Assembly (NCBI RefSeq): GCF_038138445.1
Contig: NZ_JAYQDQ010000010.1
Coordinates: 3,236-67,235, forward strand
Direction: 5' to 3'
Source of the DNA: Vibrio sp.
GTDB lineage: Bacteria; Pseudomonadota; Gammaproteobacteria; Enterobacterales; Vibrionaceae
Length of the DNA: 64,000 nt
Shown: positions 10,535-19,151 of the stretch, one piece after another
How positions within the stretch are numbered: the first letter of the stretch is position 1
How the letters are laid out: each line of letters starts with the position of its first letter
Translations under genes and position numbers: made by a program
Notes under the pieces: generated by a model
Told to the model about the DNA's origin: nothing
Seen by the model: only the letters and a program-made list of their open reading frames with translations
The model's database searches: none

Positions 10535-10891
10535 ATGGCAAGTCACCCTATCCACAATGCGATAAGCGCAGAGCAGTTGATGTTGTCCAAAATGGAAGCG
10601 ATGCAATCCATTATTCAGCCTCAACCTGCTATCTCAGCGAATCCTCTTGATACGCATAATATCACATCGTCTCTGTCATTTTCCGATGCCATGGTGAATG
10701 TTCTTGATTCTGTGAATCAGTATCAATCACTCGCCAGTAAGAAGATGACTGCGGTTGAAACAGGCCAAAGTGACGATCTGGTTGGCGCTATGATAGCCAG
10801 TCAAAAAGCGAGTTTGTCCTTCGATTCCTTGATGCAAGTTCGTAACAAGGTTGTGACCTCATTTGAAGACATCATGAAGATGCCGGTGTAG
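10535..10891 (+). CDS. fliE: Flagellar hook-basal body protein FliE
   Basis: Start trimmed to MASHPIH, preceded by aaggagg. C-terminus (DLVGAMIASQKASLSFDSLMQVRNKVVTSFEDIMKMPV) is the FliE signature. Confidence 0.85.
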   Translation: MASHPIHNAISAEQLMLSKMEAMQSIIQPQPAISANPLDTHNITSSLSFSDAMVNVLDSVNQYQSLASKKMTAVETGQSDDLVGAMIASQKASLSFDSLMQVRNKVVTSFEDIMKMPV

Positions 10892-10894
10892 CCC

Positions 10895-12643
10895 ATGTCA
10901 GAATTAACCACACAAGTCGCCAGTGGCGCAGCACTTGATGTAACGAGTGCTGATTCCTCTTCGCAAAGAGGGATTCAAGATTTTACGGATAAACTAAAGC
11001 AGCTTTGGTCTAACAGCCAACGAAATTTAGTCTTGTCAGCGGTGCTAGCAGCCATTGTTGCCGCGATAATTGTGGTGGCGCTTTGGAGTTCAACACAAAG
11101 CTACCGCCCTTTATACAGTCAACAAGAAAGGTTTGATACTGGAGAGATCGTTTCTGTACTTGAATCTGAAGGGATCAATTACCGACTACAAGAACAAAAT
11201 GGTCAAGTACTAGTACCGGAAGGAGAGGTTGCTAGGATTAGGATGTTATTAGCAGCTAAGGGTGTTAAGGCCAAGCTACCAACAGGCCTAGACTCGCTTA
11301 AAGAAGATAGCTCACTCGGAACCAGTCAGTTTATGGAAACAGCGCGCTATCGTCATGGTCTTGAAGGAGAGTTGATTCGTACCATTATCTCGCTCAATGC
11401 AGTATCCAATGCTCGAGTTCATCTGGCTATACCTCGCCAAACGTTATTTGTCAGACAAAATAGCGAAGCGCCTTCTGCCTCAGTTATGTTGGAACTTAAA
11501 CCCGGGGAGGACTTAAAACCAGAACAAGTTGAAGCCATTATTAACTTGGTTGTGGGCAGTGTCACTGCAATGAAACCAGAGCAAGTATCAGTGATTGACC
11601 AGTATGGTCGTTTACTCAGTGCAGATGTTGGTTCTGCCGAAGCGGGAAAAGTGAATGCTAAGTATTTAGAGTATCAACGTAATGTTGAGAAGCAGATTAT
11701 CCAACGCGCATCGGATATGCTGACTCCTATTGTTGGGCCGAGTAATTTCCGTGTTCAAGTTGCTGCTGATATGGACTTTAGTCAGGTCGAAGAAACACAG
11801 GAAATTCTTGATGATAGTCCAATCGTGCGCAATGAACACACCATCACAAACAACTCGATTGACCAAATTGCTTTGGGTGTTCCGGGAACTCTGAGTAACC
11901 AGCCCCCTGTAACCGGTGAAGCTCCAACCCATGATAGCCAAAACACGAACGCGCGATCAGAAATAAACCGTCAGTACGCAGTGGGCAGTAGCGTGCGCCG
12001 TACCCAGTATCAACAAGGTAAGATAAATAAGTTGAGTGTGTCAGTGTTGCTCAATCAAGCCGTTGCTCCCAATGGGCAAGCTTGGACTGACGAAGAGAAA
12101 GCACAAATATCCACTATGGTGACTGATGCAATAGGTATCTCCGCGGATAGAGGTGACACGCTAAGTTTAATGAGCTTTGGTTTTACTCCTTTAGCCATTG
12201 AAGCTCCGCCAAGTATCCCTTGGTGGCAAGATCCCACAGTACAGCAACCAATGAGATATGTGATTGGCGGTATGTTGGGTATGGCAATGATTTTCTTTGT
12301 CTTACGTCCTTTGATTCTTCACTTAACTGGTTCTGATCTTAACTCGCGAGAGCTAGAGTTTGCGGACCCGCAGCAAGACACCGTATTTGACGATATACAA
12401 ACCCGAGAGGAAAGGGAAAGAGAAGAAGTGCTCAATCGAAAACTGTCTGAAAAAGGTATTTCCGTGTCATCTGGATTGGATATGGGACACGACATGTTAC
12501 CGCCGGCGGGCTCACCGTTAGAAATTCAGCTCAAACATCTACAACTGATTGCTAATGAAGAACCTGAACGAGTCGCTGAAGTATTAAAACAATGGGTGAA
12601 TGTAAATGAACACAGCAGAATTAAAGCAAAAGCCAATGCTTAG
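10895..12643 (+). CDS. fliF: Flagellar MS-ring protein FliF
   Basis: 582 aa. N-terminal TM segment, YscJ/FliF ring-building domain, second TM near residue 450, and an acidic C-terminus that would bind FliG. Confidence 0.9.
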   Translation: MSELTTQVASGAALDVTSADSSSQRGIQDFTDKLKQLWSNSQRNLVLSAVLAAIVAAIIVVALWSSTQSYRPLYSQQERFDTGEIVSVLESEGINYRLQEQNGQVLVPEGEVARIRMLLAAKGVKAKLPTGLDSLKEDSSLGTSQFMETARYRHGLEGELIRTIISLNAVSNARVHLAIPRQTLFVRQNSEAPSASVMLELKPGEDLKPEQVEAIINLVVGSVTAMKPEQVSVIDQYGRLLSADVGSAEAGKVNAKYLEYQRNVEKQIIQRASDMLTPIVGPSNFRVQVAADMDFSQVEETQEILDDSPIVRNEHTITNNSIDQIALGVPGTLSNQPPVTGEAPTHDSQNTNARSEINRQYAVGSSVRRTQYQQGKINKLSVSVLLNQAVAPNGQAWTDEEKAQISTMVTDAIGISADRGDTLSLMSFGFTPLAIEAPPSIPWWQDPTVQQPMRYVIGGMLGMAMIFFVLRPLILHLTGSDLNSRELEFADPQQDTVFDDIQTREEREREEVLNRKLSEKGISVSSGLDMGHDMLPPAGSPLEIQLKHLQLIANEEPERVAEVLKQWVNVNEHSRIKAKANA

Positions 12644-13625
12644 CTACGTTGAACAAACCGCTCTTGTCTTATTGGGAATGGGGGAAGATGCTGCCGCTAA
12701 GGTACTACGCCATTTCACTCGAGATGAAACTCAGCGAGTTACCAAGGCCATGGCCAAGTTAAGTGGTATCAAAAGTGATAGCGCTAATGGTGCTATTCAA
12801 AGCTTCTTCGATGACTTTCGTCAACACAGTGGCATTAGAGGAGCGTCGAAAGAGTATTTATCTAAAACCTTGCGCAAAGCCTTGGGCAACGATTTAGCGA
12901 AAGGACTACTCAATACGCTCTACGGTGATGAAATCAGTAACAACATGCAAAGATTGCAATGGGTTGAATCTGATGTGTTAGCAAGGTTTATCGCCAAAGA
13001 ACACCCTCAAATGCAAGCCATCTTTCTTGCTTACTTACCAGCAGAAAGCTCATCCGCTGTTTTGAAGTGTATGCCGGAAGATGAACATGATGAGTTGTTA
13101 TTTCGCATTGCCCAAATGCAAGACATTGACCACCAAGTGGCAAGTGATCTCAATGACTTGATTGAACGCTGTATTGAGCAAGTTTCTGTTAGTCAAAGCG
13201 CTCCATTATCGGGAGTCAAACAAGTGGCTGACATTATAAATAGATTTGAGGGTGACAGAGGATCACTGATGGAAATGCTCAAACTGCATGATGAAGAAGT
13301 CGTCAGTGAGATCGAGCAGAATATGTTTGATTTTGTGGTATTAGGTCGCCAACCCGAAGAAACAATGGATCGCCTCGTGCAGCAAGTGCCTATGGAGCTT
13401 TGGTCACTAGCGCTAAAAGGAGCCGAGATCCAGCTTCAGCTAGCAATTAAAAGCGCCATGCCACAGCGTATGGTTAAGGCGTTGGAAGATGATATGGAAG
13501 TTCGAGGAGCCGTACCATTGAGCCGTGTAGAGCGAGCAAGGTATGACATCATGCAAATGGTGCGTGAATTGGATGAAGCTGATGAGATAGAGCTGGTTCT
13601 TTATGATGAGCCCAGAGTGGAGTAA
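12606..13625 (+). CDS. fliG: Flagellar motor switch protein FliG
   Basis: 339 aa with EHPQMQAIFLAYL and the C-terminal torque-helix region (MPQRMVKALEDDME). The start is uncertain: ATG 12606 gives a 38-nt overlap with fliF, and ATG 12636 gives an 8-nt overlap. Confidence 0.9.
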   Translation: MNTAELKQKPMLSYVEQTALVLLGMGEDAAAKVLRHFTRDETQRVTKAMAKLSGIKSDSANGAIQSFFDDFRQHSGIRGASKEYLSKTLRKALGNDLAKGLLNTLYGDEISNNMQRLQWVESDVLARFIAKEHPQMQAIFLAYLPAESSSAVLKCMPEDEHDELLFRIAQMQDIDHQVASDLNDLIERCIEQVSVSQSAPLSGVKQVADIINRFEGDRGSLMEMLKLHDEEVVSEIEQNMFDFVVLGRQPEETMDRLVQQVPMELWSLALKGAEIQLQLAIKSAMPQRMVKALEDDMEVRGAVPLSRVERARYDIMQMVRELDEADEIELVLYDEPRVE

Positions 13626-13628
13626 GCC

Positions 13629-14378
13629 ATGTCACTAACCAAATCTGAATTTTTTGATGGGCCGGCGACCGATTACCGCATTCATCGTTTCCCGCCACTG
13701 GCAAAGCCTGTAGAGGTTGATGATAGTTTCGCTCTCGATGACCAATGGCAAGATCCGCAAGCTGAGCTTCAGCAAAAGCTGCAAGAAGGTTTTCAAACTG
13801 GTCTTGAGCAAGGGCATGAAGAAGGGCTTCGTCAGGGGGTAAGTCAAGGGCAGCAGCAGGGTTTACTTGAAGGACAAAAGGAAGGGTTTCAGCAAGGTTT
13901 TGTCTCGGGAGAACAATCGGGAAAGCAAGCATTTGTTGAGGCTACTAAGCCTGTAAATGCAATCTACCAGTCATTGTCCCATTGGCAGGCGGAACGAGAG
14001 CAGCAGCAAAGGCATGTTATTTGTGAACTGGTGCAAAAAGTGGCTCAACAAGTGATTCGCGCAGAGCTAACCCTCATGCCGCAGCAGATTTTGTCCTTAG
14101 TGGATGAAACCCTTGAAGCGATGCCAGGCAAGACAGAAAAGGTCACGGTTCATCTTAATCCACAAGACTTAGAACGACTTGAAGATATTAATTCAGAACT
14201 TGCTAAAGAATGGAAATTGGTGGCAAATCCCGATCTGCAACCGGGAGGATGCCATCTAGTGACCGAGGAGGCAGAAGCTGACGCAAGTTGTGACTCAAGG
14301 CTGCAAGCTTGTATGGATAATGTTAAGCAACATTTGCTTGATGAGGTGACTCAAGTAAGCGACGAGGCTCATGACTAA
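13629..14378 (+). CDS. fliH: Flagellar export ATPase regulator FliH
   Basis: 249 aa. Gly-repeat segment (EGFQTGLEQGHEEGLRQGVSQGQQQGLLEGQKEGFQQGF) typical of FliH/YscL. Overlaps the fliI start by 8 nt. Confidence 0.8.
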   Translation: MSLTKSEFFDGPATDYRIHRFPPLAKPVEVDDSFALDDQWQDPQAELQQKLQEGFQTGLEQGHEEGLRQGVSQGQQQGLLEGQKEGFQQGFVSGEQSGKQAFVEATKPVNAIYQSLSHWQAEREQQQRHVICELVQKVAQQVIRAELTLMPQQILSLVDETLEAMPGKTEKVTVHLNPQDLERLEDINSELAKEWKLVANPDLQPGGCHLVTEEAEADASCDSRLQACMDNVKQHLLDEVTQVSDEAHD

Positions 14379-15717
14379 CACACAAGCATTTGAATTACTC
14401 TGTGAGCGTACTAATGAAGCGATAGCGTCGCTTGACTCGATTCCTGTAGCGAGAGTGACGGGGAGATTAGTCAAGGTCACAGGCAACATGCTGCAAGCAG
14501 TAGGCTGCCGCTTCAAGCTTGAGCAGCGCTGCCTAGTGGAAACATCCGATGGCGATATGATAGAAGCGCAGGTGGTTGGTTTTGACCATGCCATTGCTTT
14601 TTTAATGCCGATACGCCGTCTTGGTGGCTTATTTGCTGGAGCAAAAGTGATCCCATTGGATGGCGACAGTACTGTTGAATTAGGGGATCATTGGCTAGGA
14701 CGCGTAGTTAATGGTTTAGGCGAGGCATTGGATGATGGCCCAGTGTTGCGCGGTGGCGATCGGGTTTCCTTAGAGTCTAAGGTGGTTAATCCGCTCAAAC
14801 GTCGCCCCGTTGATTCTCCCTTGGATATAGGCGTGCGAGCGATCAATGGATTACTCACTGTCGGTAAAGGTCAAAGGATTGGCTTAATGGCGGGTAGTGG
14901 TGTTGGCAAAAGTGTGCTGCTCGGAATGATGGCTAAAAATACCGCTGCCGATGTTGTAGTGGTTGGCTTGATAGGTGAGCGCGGGCGTGAAGTGCGAGAG
15001 TTTATTGAAACTAACCTAAGCATAGAGGCTCGCAGCAAAGCCATTGTTATTGCAGCCCCAGCAGATGACTCACCGCTAATGCGACTCAGAGCGACATTAT
15101 TGTGCCATCGAGTTGCCGAATATTATCGTGACAAGGGTAAGGATGTGCTGTTGATGATGGATTCTCTCACTCGCTATGCGATGGCGCAGCGAGAGATTGC
15201 TTTGTCATTGGGTGAGCCTCCGGCGACTCGAGGCTACCCACCTTCTGTTTTTAACGCTTTACCTCAGTTGCTTGAACGTTCTGGGAATGGAGAAAACCAA
15301 GCAGGTAGCTTAACTGCGATTTATACCATTCTTGCGGCAGGAGATGATCAACAAGATCCTGTGGTTGACTCAGCGCGAGCGATCTTAGATGGCCATGTCG
15401 TTTTATCGAGAAAATTGGCAGAGCAGGGACATTATCCCGCAATCGATATTGGTGCTTCCATTAGCCGATGTATGGCGTCGTGTGTTGCCAAAAAGCATTT
15501 AGCGTTAGCGAGTGAGTTTAGACAAGCCTACTCAGGTTATCTTGAAGTAAAAGACCTGATTCCACTGGGCGGTTACCAGCCGGGTCAGGACCTTAAGTTA
15601 GACAGCTTTGTTGCTTTGCAGCCAAGACTCACGGCCTACCTCAAGCAAGAATATGACTCTTCGGCTGGGTTTACAGATAGCTTGGCAGAGTTGGCGCAGA
15701 TTTTTCAATCACCATAG
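14371..15717 (+). CDS. fliI: Flagellum-specific ATPase FliI
   Basis: 448 aa. Walker A (GSGVGKS) and Walker B (VLLMMDSLTR). F1/T3SS ATPase family. Confidence 0.95.
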   Translation: MTNTQAFELLCERTNEAIASLDSIPVARVTGRLVKVTGNMLQAVGCRFKLEQRCLVETSDGDMIEAQVVGFDHAIAFLMPIRRLGGLFAGAKVIPLDGDSTVELGDHWLGRVVNGLGEALDDGPVLRGGDRVSLESKVVNPLKRRPVDSPLDIGVRAINGLLTVGKGQRIGLMAGSGVGKSVLLGMMAKNTAADVVVVGLIGERGREVREFIETNLSIEARSKAIVIAAPADDSPLMRLRATLLCHRVAEYYRDKGKDVLLMMDSLTRYAMAQREIALSLGEPPATRGYPPSVFNALPQLLERSGNGENQAGSLTAIYTILAAGDDQQDPVVDSARAILDGHVVLSRKLAEQGHYPAIDIGASISRCMASCVAKKHLALASEFRQAYSGYLEVKDLIPLGGYQPGQDLKLDSFVALQPRLTAYLKQEYDSSAGFTDSLAELAQIFQSP

Positions 15718-15726
15718 GGGAAGTAC

Positions 15727-16173
15727 ATGCAACCAAAGCAAAGGGCGATAAGTAGATTTTGCGCATTAACGCAGAAGCAGCGCGATGCTATGTCAGTGCA
15801 ACTTGACACACTTCGCCAGCAAACTGACCAAACATTTTTGCAGATAGAGCAGTTGCAAGACTTGAAGAAGCAAACTCGTTCCCAAGGGGGAATTCATTCC
15901 GGCTTTCATCGGGAGACGCTACTCAACCAATGTCGAGTGGAAGGAATGTTAAGCAAGATGATTGACCATCAAAAGCATGAACTCCAACTCATGCATGCTC
16001 AATACCATTCATTAAAAGGTTTACTTGAGAAAAAACACCTTAAAGTTAAAGGTCTTGAGAGCAAGTTAGATGACTGGCAACGTGAGCAAAGGCTAGTGGC
16101 GCAGAAAAACGAAGAGCTGATCCTTGAAGAAATGGTGAATAATCTTGCTGCCCGAAAAGTGCTAGAGGTTTAG
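15727..16173 (+). CDS. fliJ: Flagellar export chaperone FliJ
   Basis: 148-aa Gln/Leu-rich protein with predicted coiled coil, immediately after fliI. Confidence 0.7.
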   Translation: MQPKQRAISRFCALTQKQRDAMSVQLDTLRQQTDQTFLQIEQLQDLKKQTRSQGGIHSGFHRETLLNQCRVEGMLSKMIDHQKHELQLMHAQYHSLKGLLEKKHLKVKGLESKLDDWQREQRLVAQKNEELILEEMVNNLAARKVLEV

Positions 16174-16343
16174 ATAACAGAAAGGCGGCACTTCCCCATT
16201 CGAGATTAAACAGTGTTTGAGTCTCTGGAATGCAGATTCAGATTTCTAAACAATACACTTTTTCTAAAGACCAGTATTGGTAGAGTAACAAATCAATCCA
16301 AGGTGATAAAACCCAGTGATGGTACGTTGCGATAGAGGATGTT

Positions 16344-17312
16344 ATGCAGCCTACTCATTTTACAGTTATTGTTCCGAGTCAAAAAGGAACGCGCTTTTTC
16401 TATTTTTCTCGGCGGACAGTGGCGGCTGTTAAGTACGGACTTGTACTTTTTATGATGGTTATTGCTGGCTTAGTTACTGCCATTTCGCTACTTGTGGGTG
16501 ATGTATCCGAATCAAACCAAGAGAAAACCAAGTTGATTCATCAAGCGCAATCTCTGGAAAATGCATTGAGTCGCTCTCATGCTTCTCAAGACGAGCTTGA
16601 GATTCATTTGCAAAGGAAGCAGCAAGACCTTAGCTATGTAGCGGATAAGTTGAGCGAGATTGAGTCAACTTTAGCTCTATCTGATGACTCTTTTAACCTA
16701 AGAGACAGAGTAGACAGTGTCGCGTTGTCCACTGCTGTTCGTCACCAAATGATGCAATTGGTACCCAATGGGCCCCCAGTTAAAACAGGCTACCTTTCAT
16801 CGCATTACGGGTACCGTCTTCATCCCGTGTCCAAGAAAAAAGCGATGCATCACGGCATTGATTATGCGGTCAATGTGGGTACGCCAATTTATGCGCCTGC
16901 GGATGGCGTAATCGAAGTGGTCAGAAAGAGTAATAAAGGGTCGGGAAATTTTCTTCGTGTGACTCACTCTTTCGGTTTTGCCTCTTCGTATTCGCATTTG
17001 AGTGCCTTTAAGGTCAAGCGTGGCGATTATGTAAAAAAGGGCCAATTAATTGGCTTAACGGGGAACTCAGGGTTATCAACGGGCTATCACCTTCACTATG
17101 AGATTCGTTTGGTAGGGCGCTCTTTAGATCCTTTGCCTTTTACCAAGTGGAAAATGAATAACTTCGATGCAATGTTTGAATCAAACGAGGATGTACAATG
17201 GGATTACTTAGTAAACAGAATAGAGAATCAAATGGCCACGGCTCTCAGACTGTCATCGCAGAGGGCACCTTTATCGAAGGACAACTCAAGCTTACTTGTC
17301 ACATCCAGATAG
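16344..17312 (+). CDS. Membrane-anchored M23 (LytM-type) metallopeptidase with coiled-coil linker
   Basis: N-terminal TM segment (LVLFMMVIAGLVTAISLLV). Coiled-coil region. M23 motifs present (HHGIDYAV...GTPIYAPADG...GYHLHYEIR). Roughly 50-aa tail after the catalytic domain. Confidence 0.85.
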   Translation: MQPTHFTVIVPSQKGTRFFYFSRRTVAAVKYGLVLFMMVIAGLVTAISLLVGDVSESNQEKTKLIHQAQSLENALSRSHASQDELEIHLQRKQQDLSYVADKLSEIESTLALSDDSFNLRDRVDSVALSTAVRHQMMQLVPNGPPVKTGYLSSHYGYRLHPVSKKKAMHHGIDYAVNVGTPIYAPADGVIEVVRKSNKGSGNFLRVTHSFGFASSYSHLSAFKVKRGDYVKKGQLIGLTGNSGLSTGYHLHYEIRLVGRSLDPLPFTKWKMNNFDAMFESNEDVQWDYLVNRIENQMATALRLSSQRAPLSKDNSSLLVTSR

Positions 17313-17638
17313 ATGGTCAAATCAAGGGTAACATAGAGACAGATAAGTGCGTGACCATAAGTGCATCTGGCTTGGTAGAAGGCTCAATTCGTTGTGATTG
17401 CCTAATTGTTAACGGCCGCTTTGTCGGTAAAGTGTACTCTAAGAGTTTACAAATACTTGAACATGGTTATCTAGAGGGAGAAGTGTCAGCGACCGAGTTT
17501 ACGATTGAGAAAGGGGGCGTGTTTTTAGGTAGCTCAAAGAATATCAAAACGGAAGAAGTTGTGCCTTTAGATAGCGTGAAAAAACGTGATAAATCCTCTT
17601 CAGCAAAACCTCAAAAAGCGGCTGAAAAATACGCTTGA
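17198..17638 (+). CDS. Bactofilin (CcmA-like polymer-forming cytoskeletal protein)
   Basis: 146 aa. Repetitive beta-helix pattern (TVIAEGTFIEGQLKL..IQIDGQIKGNIE...VEGSIRCDCLIVNGRFVGKV...LEGEV). Lys/Ser-rich tail. gagga RBS 6 nt upstream of the ATG. Confidence 0.8.
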   Translation: MGLLSKQNRESNGHGSQTVIAEGTFIEGQLKLTCHIQIDGQIKGNIETDKCVTISASGLVEGSIRCDCLIVNGRFVGKVYSKSLQILEHGYLEGEVSATEFTIEKGGVFLGSSKNIKTEEVVPLDSVKKRDKSSSAKPQKAAEKYA

Positions 17639-17660
17639 TGGCAATACCAACAGAAATAGA

Positions 17661-17690
17661 AAAAACCGTGTGCAGGCAACACGGTTTTTT
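17661..17690 (+). terminator. Rho-independent terminator after the bactofilin gene
   Basis: Stem aaccgtgt/acacggtt around loop gcaggca, followed by a T6 run (17685-17690). Confidence 0.8.
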
Positions 17691-17900
17691 ACTTTTTGAT
17701 AAGTTTATTTATATTAACCTGCGCTAAGCTTTAAGCAATGTTATTTTATTGTCATATATAAGGTCTTGAGTTTAGACAATTTACCTGTCTCTTTATGATA
17801 GGTGGCCCACAATCAGCAGTTCAGATTGACCAATATGGATGTTGAAGTGCTTTGTGGGAGGATAACTTGAGACCATTTTTGCATCGAAACAAGGATAAAC

Positions 17901-18611
17901 GTGACTAGCCAGTACACATGTGACGATTTGATATTTGACGTAGAAAAAATGACGGTGAGCACCACGCACCATAGCCGTTCTCTTAACTACAACGAATGTT
18001 TATTACTGAAAGCATTGTTAGATAATGCCAATCAGGTATTGGGAAAAGAAGCGCTTAAGTCGGCAGGTTGGCCAGACACCATAGTGACGGACTCTTCCTT
18101 GCAAAAGTCGATTCAGAAGATCCGCTTGGTGATTGCTATCTCCAATTCTGTTGAATTAAAAACTGTGGTGGGAGTTGGGTATATGCTCTCGTGTAATTGC
18201 GCTGAACGGGTGACAGAAGCAGAGGATACTTCACATCCAGAACCCCAAAATAACAAATGGCAACCCACAACATGGGCCAAATTAGTGCTTGGCGTAGCCA
18301 GTGCTACGTTGCTTATCGCTTCATCACTGGAGTTTACTAAGGTGACTAACACTCGGCTAATTTCTTATCTTAACCCAGCATATGAACTTCTCAACCTCGA
18401 TGGTAAGAAGGTTCTTCACAGACATGATGTTGAAATACCTCCACAAGTGTTAGAGATGATTAAGAGTTCTCAGTGTGGGTGTTTGTATTTTTTTGGTTTT
18501 AACAATGGGCGCTACAATATATCCGTTCACGACAAAATAACTCATCGCAGTGAAAATTACTTTGTAGAAGAAGTAATGCTTCCCAAGATAGCAAAGGAGT
18601 TGGAGAAATGA
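17901..18611 (+). CDS. ToxR/VtrA/TcpP-like membrane-bound winged-helix transcription regulator
   Basis: GTG start with an aagga RBS. N-terminal OmpR/PhoB-type DNA-binding pattern (..LNYNECLLLKALLDNANQVLGKEALKSAGWPD..SSLQKSIQKIRL...VVGVGYML). Single TM (WAKLVLGVASATLLIASSL). Periplasmic domain of about 85 aa. Confidence 0.75.
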   Translation: MTSQYTCDDLIFDVEKMTVSTTHHSRSLNYNECLLLKALLDNANQVLGKEALKSAGWPDTIVTDSSLQKSIQKIRLVIAISNSVELKTVVGVGYMLSCNCAERVTEAEDTSHPEPQNNKWQPTTWAKLVLGVASATLLIASSLEFTKVTNTRLISYLNPAYELLNLDGKKVLHRHDVEIPPQVLEMIKSSQCGCLYFFGFNNGRYNISVHDKITHRSENYFVEEVMLPKIAKELEK

Positions 18612-19102
18612 AGAGCCTCAAGTTTTGGGTAGGTATTTTTATTGCTTCTCTGTTTATTTATGTCAGTTCGTTATACTTTAGTAGTCAACGATTGTTAATC
18701 GAAGGACGTTATACTGCTAGTATTCAGGGGTATTCAGAGGCCAATGGCCAGTGGAGAGAGAGAATTGAGGTTAACCTCGATCAAGAACACCTTGAGTCAA
18801 CAATTTCTGTTGAAGGTGATGGGCTTGAGGGTGTGGCATTGTTTGCGGTCAATGGTGAAGTCACACTATTCAATGATGAAGTCACACTATTCAATGATGG
18901 AGCGCTTCAGCTGTCCTATTCAACCGAGCCTATTCAAACGTCAAAAGTGATCGATGGATATCACGCGGTTAGTTATACATCGCTGTTTCTATCTGGGAAA
19001 ACAAACAATGTGTTGGTTTTTCAGGATGAAAATATCGTCATGTTGGAAGGGCCTAGAGGCGCTGTCATGTTGACGCGTAGTACAAATTCTGTACTGAGAT
19101 AA
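18608..19102 (+). CDS. ToxS/VtrC-like single-pass periplasmic partner protein (putative)
   Basis: ATGA start/stop overlap with the upstream regulator gene. N-terminal TM (FWVGIFIASLFIYVSSLYF), then a beta-rich domain of about 135 aa. Size and arrangement match ToxS/TcpH/VtrC partners. I have no sequence-level family match to offer. Confidence 0.5.
   Translation: MKSLKFWVGIFIASLFIYVSSLYFSSQRLLIEGRYTASIQGYSEANGQWRERIEVNLDQEHLESTISVEGDGLEGVALFAVNGEVTLFNDEVTLFNDGALQLSYSTEPIQTSKVIDGYHAVSYTSLFLSGKTNNVLVFQDENIVMLEGPRGAVMLTRSTNSVLR
18857..18898 (+). repeat. Perfect 21-bp tandem duplication (x2), in frame
   Basis: gaagtcacactattcaatgat occurs at 18857-18877 and again at 18878-18898. This encodes EVTLFND twice within ...NGEVTLFNDEVTLFNDGAL... 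Confidence 0.95.
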
Positions 19103-19126
19103 AAAACTCCCGGCAAATGCCGGGAG
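19101..19126. terminator. Shared hairpin terminator between convergent genes
   Basis: Stem ctcccggc/gccgggag (19107-19114 / 19119-19126) with loop aaat. The A6 run at 19101-19106 gives a U-run for the minus-strand OMP transcript. Confidence 0.75.
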
Positions 19127-19151
19127 TGATAAGGACAGTGTTTAGGTTCAA

